DNA from: Octopus sinensis | Lineage: Eukaryota | Length of the DNA stretch: 64,000 nucleotides | Direction: 5' to 3' | Assembly: GCF_006345805.1 (NCBI RefSeq) | Contig: NC_043016.1 | Location: forward strand, 28,830,001-28,894,000 | In this document: positions 53,970 to 64,000 of the stretch, piece by piece | Numbering within the stretch: the first letter of the stretch is position 1 | How the letters are laid out: every line of letters starts with the position of its first letter | The notes under the pieces: model-generated | Databases searched by the model: none | What the model was told of the DNA's origin: nothing | What the model saw: the letters and a program-made list of their open reading frames with translations, nothing else | Translations under genes and position numbers: made by a program

Positions 53970-56928
53970 AACTACTGATAACATCCTCCTCTCAAACTTG
54001 ATACCCTTTCTCTATTTTCTTCCTCTATCTCTCTCTCTTTCCATATGCTTGCCTGTCTTTCTCTTTCTCTCCCTCCTTCTCTCTATATTTCTCTCTTTCT
54101 CTGTCTGCCTCTTCCTGTCTACCTCTCTCTCTTTCTCACTCTGTCTGTCTCCCTCTCTCTCTTGTTCCTGTGCGCACACACACACACACACACACATTCC
54201 ATTCCTCATGATTTGAGAATGGAATATGGTTAGTTTGTTGCTGCCATAGCAGCCAGCAGTAGCAGCAACATACCACAATAGCTACAAAGCCAAAGAGGGA
54301 TAAATTGCTTAAGAGAAGATAATATTAATTCTAAGCTGTTTTTGTTGTTCTTCAGTTAAATCTTCTACACAGCTTCTGGCAAAGAGTGTATATTATGGGA
54401 AAGCGAAAAAAAAAAAAATTACTGAATGTATATTACAAAACATTAAAAAGAAAAGAAAGAAATCTCATATCTGTTTGTACTTAATGTGTGTATTTGACAT
54501 TTCCTAAGTTTCCAACAAAATCGTTTCTGGCGATTCTAAGTATATTTCATCTTGTCTTCAATAATAACTGTGAATTCTAATAACTAGCTATTAATAAATT
54601 AATAAGATATTAATAATTAATAACAGTGACTGGTAATCCAGCTTACATTTTTCTGAATTTAATTACATACGTGTCTTTGTATGTGTGCATGCATGTGTGT
54701 GTGTGTAAAATTCTAAGTGTCTTCTTCTGATGATGAACTTGTTCCATGGAATGTGTGTGTGTAGAATTTTTATTCTTAGCTGTATCACCTTAAATTGCTG
54801 CCTTGAGTTTCATGTTAATGCTTTCATCAGACAATGAGATTGTACAAAACCTGATGAAATTATTAACAGGGAACTTGGAGTAATGACCTATAAAGATTCA
54901 ACTTTGATCATAAATTATTCCTTCACACTGTATAAGTATTGAGTACCATTTCACTTTAATGTATATGCAAATGTGTGATCATGATTTTACTTAGATAACT
55001 GTGTATGCGTGTGTATTTACTGTCAAGCCTAGTGTTGTCTTTCCCACATCTTGGCTCTCTCTCTCTTATCTCCCTATCACTTATATCTCTGTCACTCTCT
55101 ATTACTTATGCCAGTCATATAATGATGGTTGATATGGGACCCACCTGCATATTGTCTGTATCATTCTCTTTACTCTGCTTTTCTTGCCTTTCATGAGGTC
55201 TGAGTGTAAGAGATTGTACAATTATGCCTAACAACTCTACCTTCACTCTTTCTATACTGCAAGTCTTGACTCTCTCTCACCCACCAATCCCTCTTCCTGC
55301 CATTATACTCTTACTTTCGCTCATTCACCCAAGCTTTTCTCCTGTCTTCAGTCTCTCCTATCACTTACTTGGTCATGTTGCCTTGAGCCTACAGACACAC
55401 CATTACTACTGAGTACCTGTGGCACTTTGGGGATACAAGGAAACCTCTCTTGTACTGGTGCTACAAAATAATACACCCAGTGCATTCTGTAAAATGGTTG
55501 GGTGAACAAACTCCTCTTGTTTTGATTTGCAACATTATACAATAAAGCATTTCCTTGATTGACTGATATATTTCAACACGTGGTTGCACTTGGAGGACCC
55601 AATGCAGGGGATGCAAACATAGAGAACAAACGGTGTATAAATCTGTGCTTACCGTTATTCCTTTCTCATATGTGTGTGTATGTGTGTATAAAATAAGTGA
55701 ATAAGTGGAGCTTATGACGGTGTTTGTAAAGTTGTAAGCAATTTTGTTTCAACAACTTAAGGTGATTAACTACACATATCATGTCTACAGACATAGATTA
55801 TGACGATTTAGCCATGCATATTATATAATATTTATAATATTACTTAGTAGCACCAGAAGTTATTATTTTCGGAACTGGTGGGGTTGGATGTAATCTGCTT
55901 TCCATGGTGGCATCGGTTGGACAGGTCATCACAGTCCAAGTTATCATCTACTGAAAGCTGTTACTTATGTATATAGATGTTTGCATGTGTTATTTGACTT
56001 TAGTTTCTTTGGTTGGTTGCTCTGCTACACCAAAACTAATCTCAGAAACCTATGTATTCTCTTCTCAGTCAGTCAACTACTTCATTGGGTGCAAAATAAC
56101 AAGGCTTTTGTCAGTTTGTATCCACCAATTCCATTCACAAAGTCTTGGTCAGATCAAGACTATATTAGAAGATACTGGCCTAAGTTACCACACCATGTAG
56201 GGGGGGGTGGGGTGGGACTGTACTTGAAGTAACATGGTTGGGAAACTGCTTAACTGCACAACCATATTTGCATCATTTAATCTGTCTATCTGTCTGTCTA
56301 TCTATCTGTCTATTCATCAATCCACTCACATGTATATATGTATATGTATATATATTTGTGTGCGTGTATCAAACACTTTCATACACATGATGGAACTTCT
56401 ACGAACCAAATCCACTCACAAGGCTTTGGCCAGCCTGGGGCTATAGCAGAAGGCACTTGCCCAAGATGCTATGTAGTGGGACCTGAGAGAGAGGGAGAGT
56501 AGTATAGCTTTCGTAAAACATTGTCCGATATATATGAATGTTTTAAAGATTGTTTTTAATGCCAAAACAATGCAAGTTATAAAAATTAATAATACAGGTT
56601 GATAGTTTGTGTTGTTACCTGGTGCTTCAATATTTCAGGGTTAGCACCCTTTTTTCAAGAAATCTTCAGAGAAAAGGTGGTGTTAGTTGACTTCTGGTTT
56701 CTTGAAGAAAGGGTCTTAATTGTGAAATGTTGAAATACCAGAAAAAAGTACAATACATCAACTGATAAATTATATATAACTTTCCAGACTGCGAATCAAA
56801 TAATATTTGATTCACTGTCTGGTCTGAAGATTTTCTAATAGGAATATCTACATGTACAATTTTGTACTTCCTATTAGCAAATGAGATGTGTAATGGTGAA
56901 TAAATAATACCAAATTTTTCCAAATTAC

Positions 56929-56965
<37 letters not shown>

Positions 56966-57070
56966 GGGACCTTTTTTTTCCATCTTCTAAGTGTAAATAC
57001 CCAATCTTTCTCGGCTGTTTTCAAAGTTATACTGCATTTGAAATGTACTTTCTTATCTATAAAATATATA

Positions 57071-58011
57071 TGAGAAGTAAAAAAACTATCCGCACTTTCA
57101 CCATGACATATCTTTATTATTGTCACACTGTCCTCTGTGCATGCGTGCTTGCAGTTGGTACTATTGTGGTCATGTGATCGAAGTTTGAGCTTGATTGCAC
57201 CATTTTTCTTTCTGGCTTTACAGTGTAAATATGGTGACTCCACTAACAATGTGCACCAAAGAAGAACAAAGAGCAGTGATCCAATTTCTCTGGTCAGAAG
57301 GTGTGTCCTGTGACTATTCTACTCAAAAATTCCTCACCCTCATTGTTGTAGTGATCGAATAAACATTGGTAGACCTCAAGTTGTTTGTGCTTGTGCTCTG
57401 CAGTAAGCTTGCTTGACACCCATCTTACACAGACTTTATGGAAGCTGAGCTCATTGTGGATGATTTGATAGGCAGAACCATGACTAATCTACAGAGAATG
57501 TGCTGCCTCAATGATGAATTTCAGCACCTGACACACCTTCCGACCAAAGAAATCGGATCACTGCTCTTTGTTCTTCTTTGGTGCATATTTATTTCTTTAT
57601 TGCCCACAGGGGGCTAAACATAGAGTGGACAAATAAGGACGGACAAAGGGATTTAGTTGATTACATTGACCCCATTGTGTAATTGGTACTTAATTTATCG
57701 ATCCTGAAAGAATGAAAGGTAAAGTCGACCTCGGCAGAATTTGAACTCAGAATGTAAAGACTGATGAAATACCACTAAGCATTTTGCCCAGCATGCTAAT
57801 GTTTCTGCCAGCTTGCCACCTTCTTTGGTGCATATTGCTAGTGGAGTCACCATATTTACACTGTAAAGCTAGAAAAATGACATGATGAAGCTCAAACTTT
57901 GATTATGTGACCACAATAGTAGCAACTATAATCATGGATGCACAGAAGGCAATGTAACAATAATAAAGATATGTTATGGTGAAAGTGCAGATAATTTTTG
58001 ACTTACCCTTG
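57071..58011. mobile_element. Mariner-family derivative made of two inverted left ends; deleted transposase pseudogene on the minus strand
   Basis: TIR-like (G)AAGT.AAAAA.TATC.GCACTTTCACCAT at both ends. Plus strand ATG at 57231: MVTPLTMCTKEEQRAVIQFLWSEGV. Minus strand ATG at 57853: MVTPLAICTKE/EQRAVIRFLWSEGVSGAEIH...ISHGSAYQIIHNELSFHKVCVRWVSSKLTAEHK...EEFLSRIVTG. Confidence 0.9.
57590..57819 (-). mobile_element. SINE family B with the GCCCCCTGTGGGCAATAAAGAAATA tail and a 17-bp TSD
   Basis: TSD CTTCTTTGGTGCATATT at 57573-57589 and 57820-57836; interrupts the mariner coding sequence. Confidence 0.9.
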
Positions 58012-58014
58012 TTG

Positions 58015-58054
<40 letters not shown>

Positions 58055-58668
58055 AACACATGTTTGTTAATTTAAAGTTGATGGTTTGTGCTGTCACTGG
58101 CGAAGATTTTTTTGCAAATATGCATTTGTTCATGTGACTAACATTATTTTTCAATAAATGAATTTTATTAGTTGTATTGAATTCATTTATGTTTTCTCTT
58201 GCTTGTGTGTCCAAATATGTATGTGCTCTTTGTTTGTGAGTGTATGTACACATTCATGCATATGTATTGGTCGAAGATGAAGAAAATAAATTGCAGTTGA
58301 GATTAAAAAAAAAAAATAATTGTATTTCATAATTCGTTTTTAAAGGCTGAACTCAAATTCAATAAAGTTATAAATAATAGCATGTTAATACAGGGTTAAA
58401 AAAAAACTTTTTGGATATTATTCACAAGCTATTATTTATAGCTCTATCTACTTGAAGTTCAGCCATCATAAACAAATTATTTCATGATCTCTTGACATGT
58501 CTAAATTCTTATGAGATAAAAAAATATATTTTATATTTAAAAATCAAAACAGAACTTTTTCTTCAAATATTAAAAATGACTTTTATTATCTTTCTTTCTA
58601 ATTTAATTCTTTATATTTTCATAGTGGTTCACTGAATTTAGTTAACTTGTAACTTATTTATTTTTCAG

Positions 58669-58719
58669 TGAAAGTGCGTTTGGGAATGACTTAGATGAGG
58701 AAAAGGATAAGTTTAAAAG
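58669..58719 (+). CDS. Candidate 51-nt internal coding exon, phase 2-2, (x)ESAFGNDLDEEKDKFK(R/S); product unknown
   Basis: Branch-like TTAAC (58642-46), pyrimidine tract and TTTTTCAG acceptor; AAG|GTATGT donor; purine-rich open frame. Phase is compatible with exon 393-472 (AA+T = Asn). Confidence 0.5.
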
Positions 58720-59091
58720 GTATGTTCATATTTTTCAATGAAACTGGAAGATGTGTTCATGAATCCTTATGTTATATCCTGACTGTGAGCAATTCTAAAA
58801 TACAGTTTATTGTTGTCAAGCCTCAGTCAACCCTGATCAGACTTCTCTGTAAAATACCAAACAATAAAACTACCCCAGTTATATTGACAGTCTTTATTTT
58901 CCTGCTGCTGTCATTGACCTGCTGATGATGTTTGAAGGTGGAAACCAACTATATCACTTTCACTATTCAGGCAAATTGACCTGCAAAGGTCACCACTACT
59001 GTCTTCCCTCTCATGACTAACTTATTAAAAAAAAATAATAATAATAGCATGTAGATATTGAGTTTTCTATCTAAAGGGTTTTTCAACCAAT

Positions 59092-59224
59092 ATCATCGTT
59101 TAACATCTGCTTTCCATGCTAGCATGTGTTGGACGATTTGACTGAGGTCTGCCATCTAGTTCGCCAGACCTCAGTCAAATCGTCCAACCCATGCTAGCAT
59201 GGCAAGCGGACGTTAAACAATGAT
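59092..59224. repeat. Roughly 60-bp inverted repeat of the family-C / RTE-type tail with a 13-nt loop
   Basis: Arms 59092-59151 and 59165-59224 are reverse complements with few mismatches. Confidence 0.9.
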
Positions 59225-59907
59225 GATGATGATGATGATGATGATTTACATGCTACTATTTATAGCTATGAGTTCCACAATTAAACAGGGATGATTTCAC
59301 AAGTTTCTAATTTCTTATTAAAAACAATTTCAAAAGAAATTAATTGATTAATTGTGTAGATGATGGTGGTGGTGGTGGGGGGGTGGGGCAGGTTGGTGGG
59401 GGCAGGTTCAGGTTCTGTTGGTTTGGTTTCTGTAATTATTGTTGTTGTTGATTTAGCCCTCCATCAGCTTTGTTCAACATGTAATTAGTTTATTAAACAT
59501 ATCAGTTATGATCAGTAGGTCCAGCAACCTGGATCTTCATTCTATGCTGGTGTTGTTGGGGCTGTCCATTGTATACTTGCATATTTACTCTGTGTGTGTG
59601 TGTGTGTGTGCATGAGTGCATGCAGGATGGATGTGATTGTGTACTGTGTATTTCCTCAGTAGTGATGTGATCTTAGATGTAAACATCCAGCCTCCAGCCA
59701 TAACAGAAGAAAGCAAGGTGGGCTTAGTCAGACCACAATACTTGTCTGTTTTCTTTGATTATTTCAGGTGATTTATATCCCAGCAGTGTGATTGTTGTTG
59801 TTGTTGTGGTGACGGTGGTGATGGCAGCAAGGTTATTGCTGTAGTAGGTCTATGTGAATTGGATGGTGCTGGAGTAAAGGAAACCTCCATGTAGTCCACT
59901 TGACATA

Positions 59908-60290
59908 CTCTTTTACTTGTTTCAGTTATTTGACTGCGGTCATGCTGGAGCACCACCTTTAGTCGAACAAATCGACCCCAGGACTTATTCTTTGTAAGCC
60001 TAGTACTTATTCTATCGGTCTCTTTTGTTGAACCGCTAAGTTACGAGGACACAAACACACCAGCAGCGGTTGTCAAGCGATGTTGGGGGGGGACAAACAC
60101 AGGCACACAAACACACACACATACATATATACGACGGGCTTCTTTCAGTTTCCATATACCAAATCCACTCACAAGGCTTTGGTCAGCCCGAGGCTATAGT
60201 AGAAGACACTTGCCCAAGGTGCCATGCAGTGGGACTGAACCCGGAACCATGTGGTTGGTAAGCAAGCTACTTACCACACAGCCACTCCTG
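59908..60290 (-). mobile_element. SINE family A, near full length
   Basis: Same head, core and tail as 21497-21908. Confidence 0.9.
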
Positions 60291-60531
60291 ACATGCCAGT
60301 AACAACAGCAAAATATTCTTTCAAATTGAATTTTGCAGGATCCACTTTTCATTATTGTTGTTGATGTTGTTTAGCACCAAGTTTTTCTTGATCCAACAGA
60401 CCTGTGCTCAAAGATGTTCCGCTTTGACCAGTCTCTTTTTTTATTTAGGACTACATTATCTAATGTATAATATAGTAGTTTAGTTACAATTGGCTAGAGT
60501 TGTTGTATAGCCCCAGATCAGTTCTGGTCCA

Positions 60532-60811
60532 GGCTCCAGAGCGTCAGCTGCGGGGTCATCCCGAAAAGCTCTATCTGCGACGATTTCATCTCAATCGAAG
60601 GAGAGGGGCTTTTTCCGTCCAGGTTGCGGATCCGTGGAATAAGCTGCCGGACGAGATGGTGAAGATGCCGACAACCGCTCGGTTCAAAGTCTCCCTTGAC
60701 CACAAGTGGCCTGAACTCTTTACATGAACACCACCCTGTACATAACTCCATGTCCCCCTACATGGCCTTGCTTTTTGCTTTTTGAGCCCAAAAATTAACT
60801 AACTAACTAAC
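60532..60811 (+). mobile_element. CR1-clade LINE 3' end with (AACT)n tail
   Basis: APERQLRGHPEKLYLRRFHLNRRRGAFSVQVADPWNKLPDEMVKMPTTARFKVSLDHKWPELFT*, the CR1 ORF2 C-terminal pattern RGH..KL...WN.LP...FK..LD. Confidence 0.85.
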
Positions 60812-61826
60812 ATACCTATGATCAAAGACATTCCAGCTGTGACAATCCCATTTTATTCAGACAGTTTATCTAGCACCATATTATCTAATATATAGTTTAG
60901 TAGTTAGAATTACTTGCAATAGTTGCTTTTGTTCAGCAGGTCAGTCCTGATTCAGCAGACAGACCTATGATCAAAGCTGTTCCACCAGTGACCATACCAG
61001 CTTTTATTCAGATGTGGTTGGCGTTAGGAAGGGCATCCAGCTGTAGAAACTCTGCCAAATCAGATTGGAGCCTGGTGCAGCCATCTGGTTCGCCAGTCCT
61101 CAGTCAAATCGTCCAACCCATGCTAGCATGGAAAGCGGACGTTAAATGATGATGATGATTTTGTATATTGGACTACATTATATAATGTATTGTTAGTATC
61201 AGCAGCTATAGTTGTTGTTTTGTCCCAAGTCAGTTCCGATCCAGCAGACTTCTCCAAGTCTGCATAATCACTATCATCATTATTATGTTAGAATTGTTAC
61301 TGTACTGGACAAAATCCTTAGTGACGTCTTCTGATTTTACATTCTGCGTTCAAATGTCACTGAGGTTGACTTTGCCTATCTTCCTTTCAGGGTCGATAAA
61401 AATAAGTACCAATTGAGTTGTGTGTATGGTAGAAAGACTTATTACTTTTTTTCTTTTTTATCATTACTATCACTTCTGCCTTTCAATAAATTTACTGGGA
61501 GACAACACTTCCTTCCCTGCCTTCATTTTCTTATTTCAAGTGGAACTTGAAAAGTTAAAATAATGATAATAATTCTTTCTACAATAGACACGCGGTCTGA
61601 AATTTTGGGGAGGGGACAAGTTGGTTACATCAACACGAGTGCTTGACTGATATTTATTTTATCAACCCCCAAAAGGACGGACGGAAGGTAAAGTTGGCCT
61701 CTGCAGAATTTGAATTCAGAAAAAAAAAACAACAAAAGAAAAAAAAACACAAAAATAAAAAAAAAACCGGATGGAATGCTGCTAAGCAGTTTTTTGACAT
61801 ACTAATGATTCTGTGAACTTGCTGCC

Positions 61827-61866
<40 letters not shown>

Positions 61867-63492
61867 CAATAATATATGTGCATATATAATACATATGCAT
61901 GAGTATATGCAAACCTACATCAATGTATGTCTGTGTGACACATGTATGAATGCATATATACATACATAATGCATATGCACACACATACACACGCTCACAT
62001 TCACTCATAATGAGATAATTGACAACAATTAATTGAAGGACTCAATCCTTGAAACATCAAGAATATTGGAATTACAGATTAGAGTGAAATCCTAAATGGA
62101 GATTTATCCAAGAATCCTTTTACAGATATAAATCTCTTAATAATCCAAAGCTGATTATTATCATCATCATCATCATCATCGTTTAACGTCCGCTTTCCAT
62201 GCTAGCATGGGTTGGACGGTTCAACTGGGGTCTGCACCAGGCCAGTCAGATCTGGCAGTGTTTCTACAGCTGGATGCCCTTCCTAACGCCAACCACTCCG
62301 AGAGTGTAGTGGGTGATTTTATGTGCCACCGACAAAGGTGCCAGACGAGGCTGGCGAACGGTCACGCTCGGATGGTGTTTTTTATGTGCCACTGACACAG
62401 GTGCCAGACGAGGCTGGCGAATGGCCACGATCGGATGGTGTTTGTTACGTGCCCACAGCACGGAGGCCAGTCAATGCAGTACTGGCTACGGCCACGTTCG
62501 GATGGTTTTCTTATGTGCCACCGGCACTGGTACCACAAAGATACAAATTCCATTGATATTCATCTATTTTGATTTGGTTTGATTATGACCAAAAAAAAAA
62601 AAAAATCCATTCTTATATTATTCTAAAGAAATAGAGCATAGCTGCAAGTGGGAAACATCAGGTCCCTAACCATCCCCATTCCCTTCTTTGCTTGAAACCC
62701 TTTTACCATTTATAATTCTGAGCTAGTGCTAATTTTTCTCTTACTTTTAGACAAATCTAAACCGTTTGTTATTTCCCATTATATCATTTGTTTTCTTGTG
62801 ATAAATTCTTCAGAGAAGAATTGTTAGACTATTCAAGGATATTTTCAGATTTATATAGATTGCCTCATTTGCCAACACCACCTCAACTATTTCTTAGAAT
62901 TATTATTAATTCTGCTAAAATTTCAATTTGATTCTTACTGTTTCATTATAGTTCTGTGCTAAAACTTCACTGCAGGGTAATTATTGCCTGGGTAGATATT
63001 TGGTATCACATCTCTATAGATTTTGCACTGTATGTATATGTACTTGCAAGCATGCATGTAGGTGTACATATCTAAGTGTGTATGTATGAGTGTACATATG
63101 TACGTAAGTGTGTGTGTGTGTGTGTATGATCAAACAGATTCTAAAGGGACTGGACTGGTGTTGATCTGTGTTGGAAAGGTTTGTATTATTTAGTAAAATT
63201 AGTAAAAAGAAAACTTATAATGAAGAGCAGAAAATCCAACACTTCAGACAATCTTTCTTCAAGGAAAGCAAAAGAGTGTGAGAGAGTTAAAAGGAAAAAA
63301 AAAAAAAAAGGAATGGAAAGAGCTTAACGAACTAAGAAAAAGGTGTAGGAGAAGAAAGAAAAACATTAATCTTAACCAGGGGTGGGTAAACTTTTTAGTG
63401 CAACGGGCAAAAATTTCCAAAAGAAAAGGTCCATGGGTGGATCACGAGTTCTAACTCTTATTCCAATTCAATATTTAAGAGATGAGGAATTA

Positions 63493-63826
63493 TGTACATT
63501 ATTTACATTTGACGGATACTTGTCCTAATCTTGTTTGTTGTTAACACAACACTTTGGCTGATATAGCCTCCGGCCTTCACCAGGTGTCTTGGGGGAAATT
63601 TTGAACCTGAGTTCTCATTCCTAAAGTATTTTTCCATGTTATTATTATTATTATTATTATTATCATTATTCAGGTCATTGCCTGGAATTGAATTCAGAAT
63701 CTAGGGGTTAGTAGCCCGTGCTCTTAAGCACAACGTTCACTCCATAATTGCCCACGGGCATATGGCATAGTGGTTAAGAGTGCAGGCTACTAACCCCAAG
63801 ATTCCAAGTTTGATTCCAGGCAGTGA

Positions 63827-63830
<4 letters not shown>
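63493..63830. mobile_element. Divergent pair of short tRNA-headed SINEs; the minus-strand copy continues through (AAT)n into a Penelope-pLTR-like tail
   Basis: Plus-strand head 63751-63830 has A box TGGCATAGTGG and B-box-like GTTTGATTCC; minus-strand head at 63671-63729; hammerhead-like relic at 63543-63588 (-). Confidence 0.7.
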
Positions 63831-63859
<29 letters not shown>

Positions 63860-63861
<2 letters not shown>

Positions 63862-64000
63862 GTATAAACACCATCCTGAAGCTGTGACTGAGGGAGAAAA
63901 TATGTCAATTCCCTGGGACTTCCCTGTACATACCGACAAAACTATAAAAACTAATAAACCGGATATTATTATAAAAGATCAGATAAAAAAGGTGTGTTTA
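63860..64000 (+). mobile_element. R4/Dong-clade LINE RLE-domain fragment, 5'-truncated, running off the window end
   Basis: Open frame WYKHHPEAVTEGENMSIPWDFPVHTDKTIKTNKPDIIIKDQIKKVCL (W.F..HTD..I..N.PDII.KD motif) starting directly after (AAT)n. Confidence 0.85.

Noticed and set aside
58918-58955. CTGATGA...GAAAC hammerhead-like core
   Set aside because: No stem II or stem I pairing can be drawn; chance match.

Overview
AT-rich eukaryotic genomic DNA packed with microsatellites, tRNA-derived SINEs and decayed transposons. The repeat spectrum looks like an octopus (cephalopod) genome; this is inferred from recognising the repeats, not from a search. No intact protein-coding gene or prokaryotic feature is present, and almost all entries in the ORF track are microsatellite or SINE artefacts. 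The window may be mostly one very large intron: a candidate first coding exon (393-472, behind a CCAAT/CRE promoter) and a candidate second exon (58669-58719) have compatible phase-2 splice sites and join into an open frame, but I do not recognise the protein. Recognisable mobile elements are two Tx1/L1-clade LINE fragments, five R4/Dong-clade LINE fragments tied to (TAA)n runs, RTE and CR1 fragments, a Helitron, a Helentron/HINE-like element, a mariner foldback derivative, MITEs and several SINE families. The most interesting signals are: a set of Penelope-type hammerhead-ribozyme-like motifs with non-canonical cores, including one forming the tail of a tRNA-headed SINE; a 5'-inverted (twin-priming-type) R4/Dong insertion; a Tx1 element sitting in a (TATC)n run whose 3' end is shared with a SINE tail; several long hairpins; and two minisatellites built around transcription-factor-like motifs.
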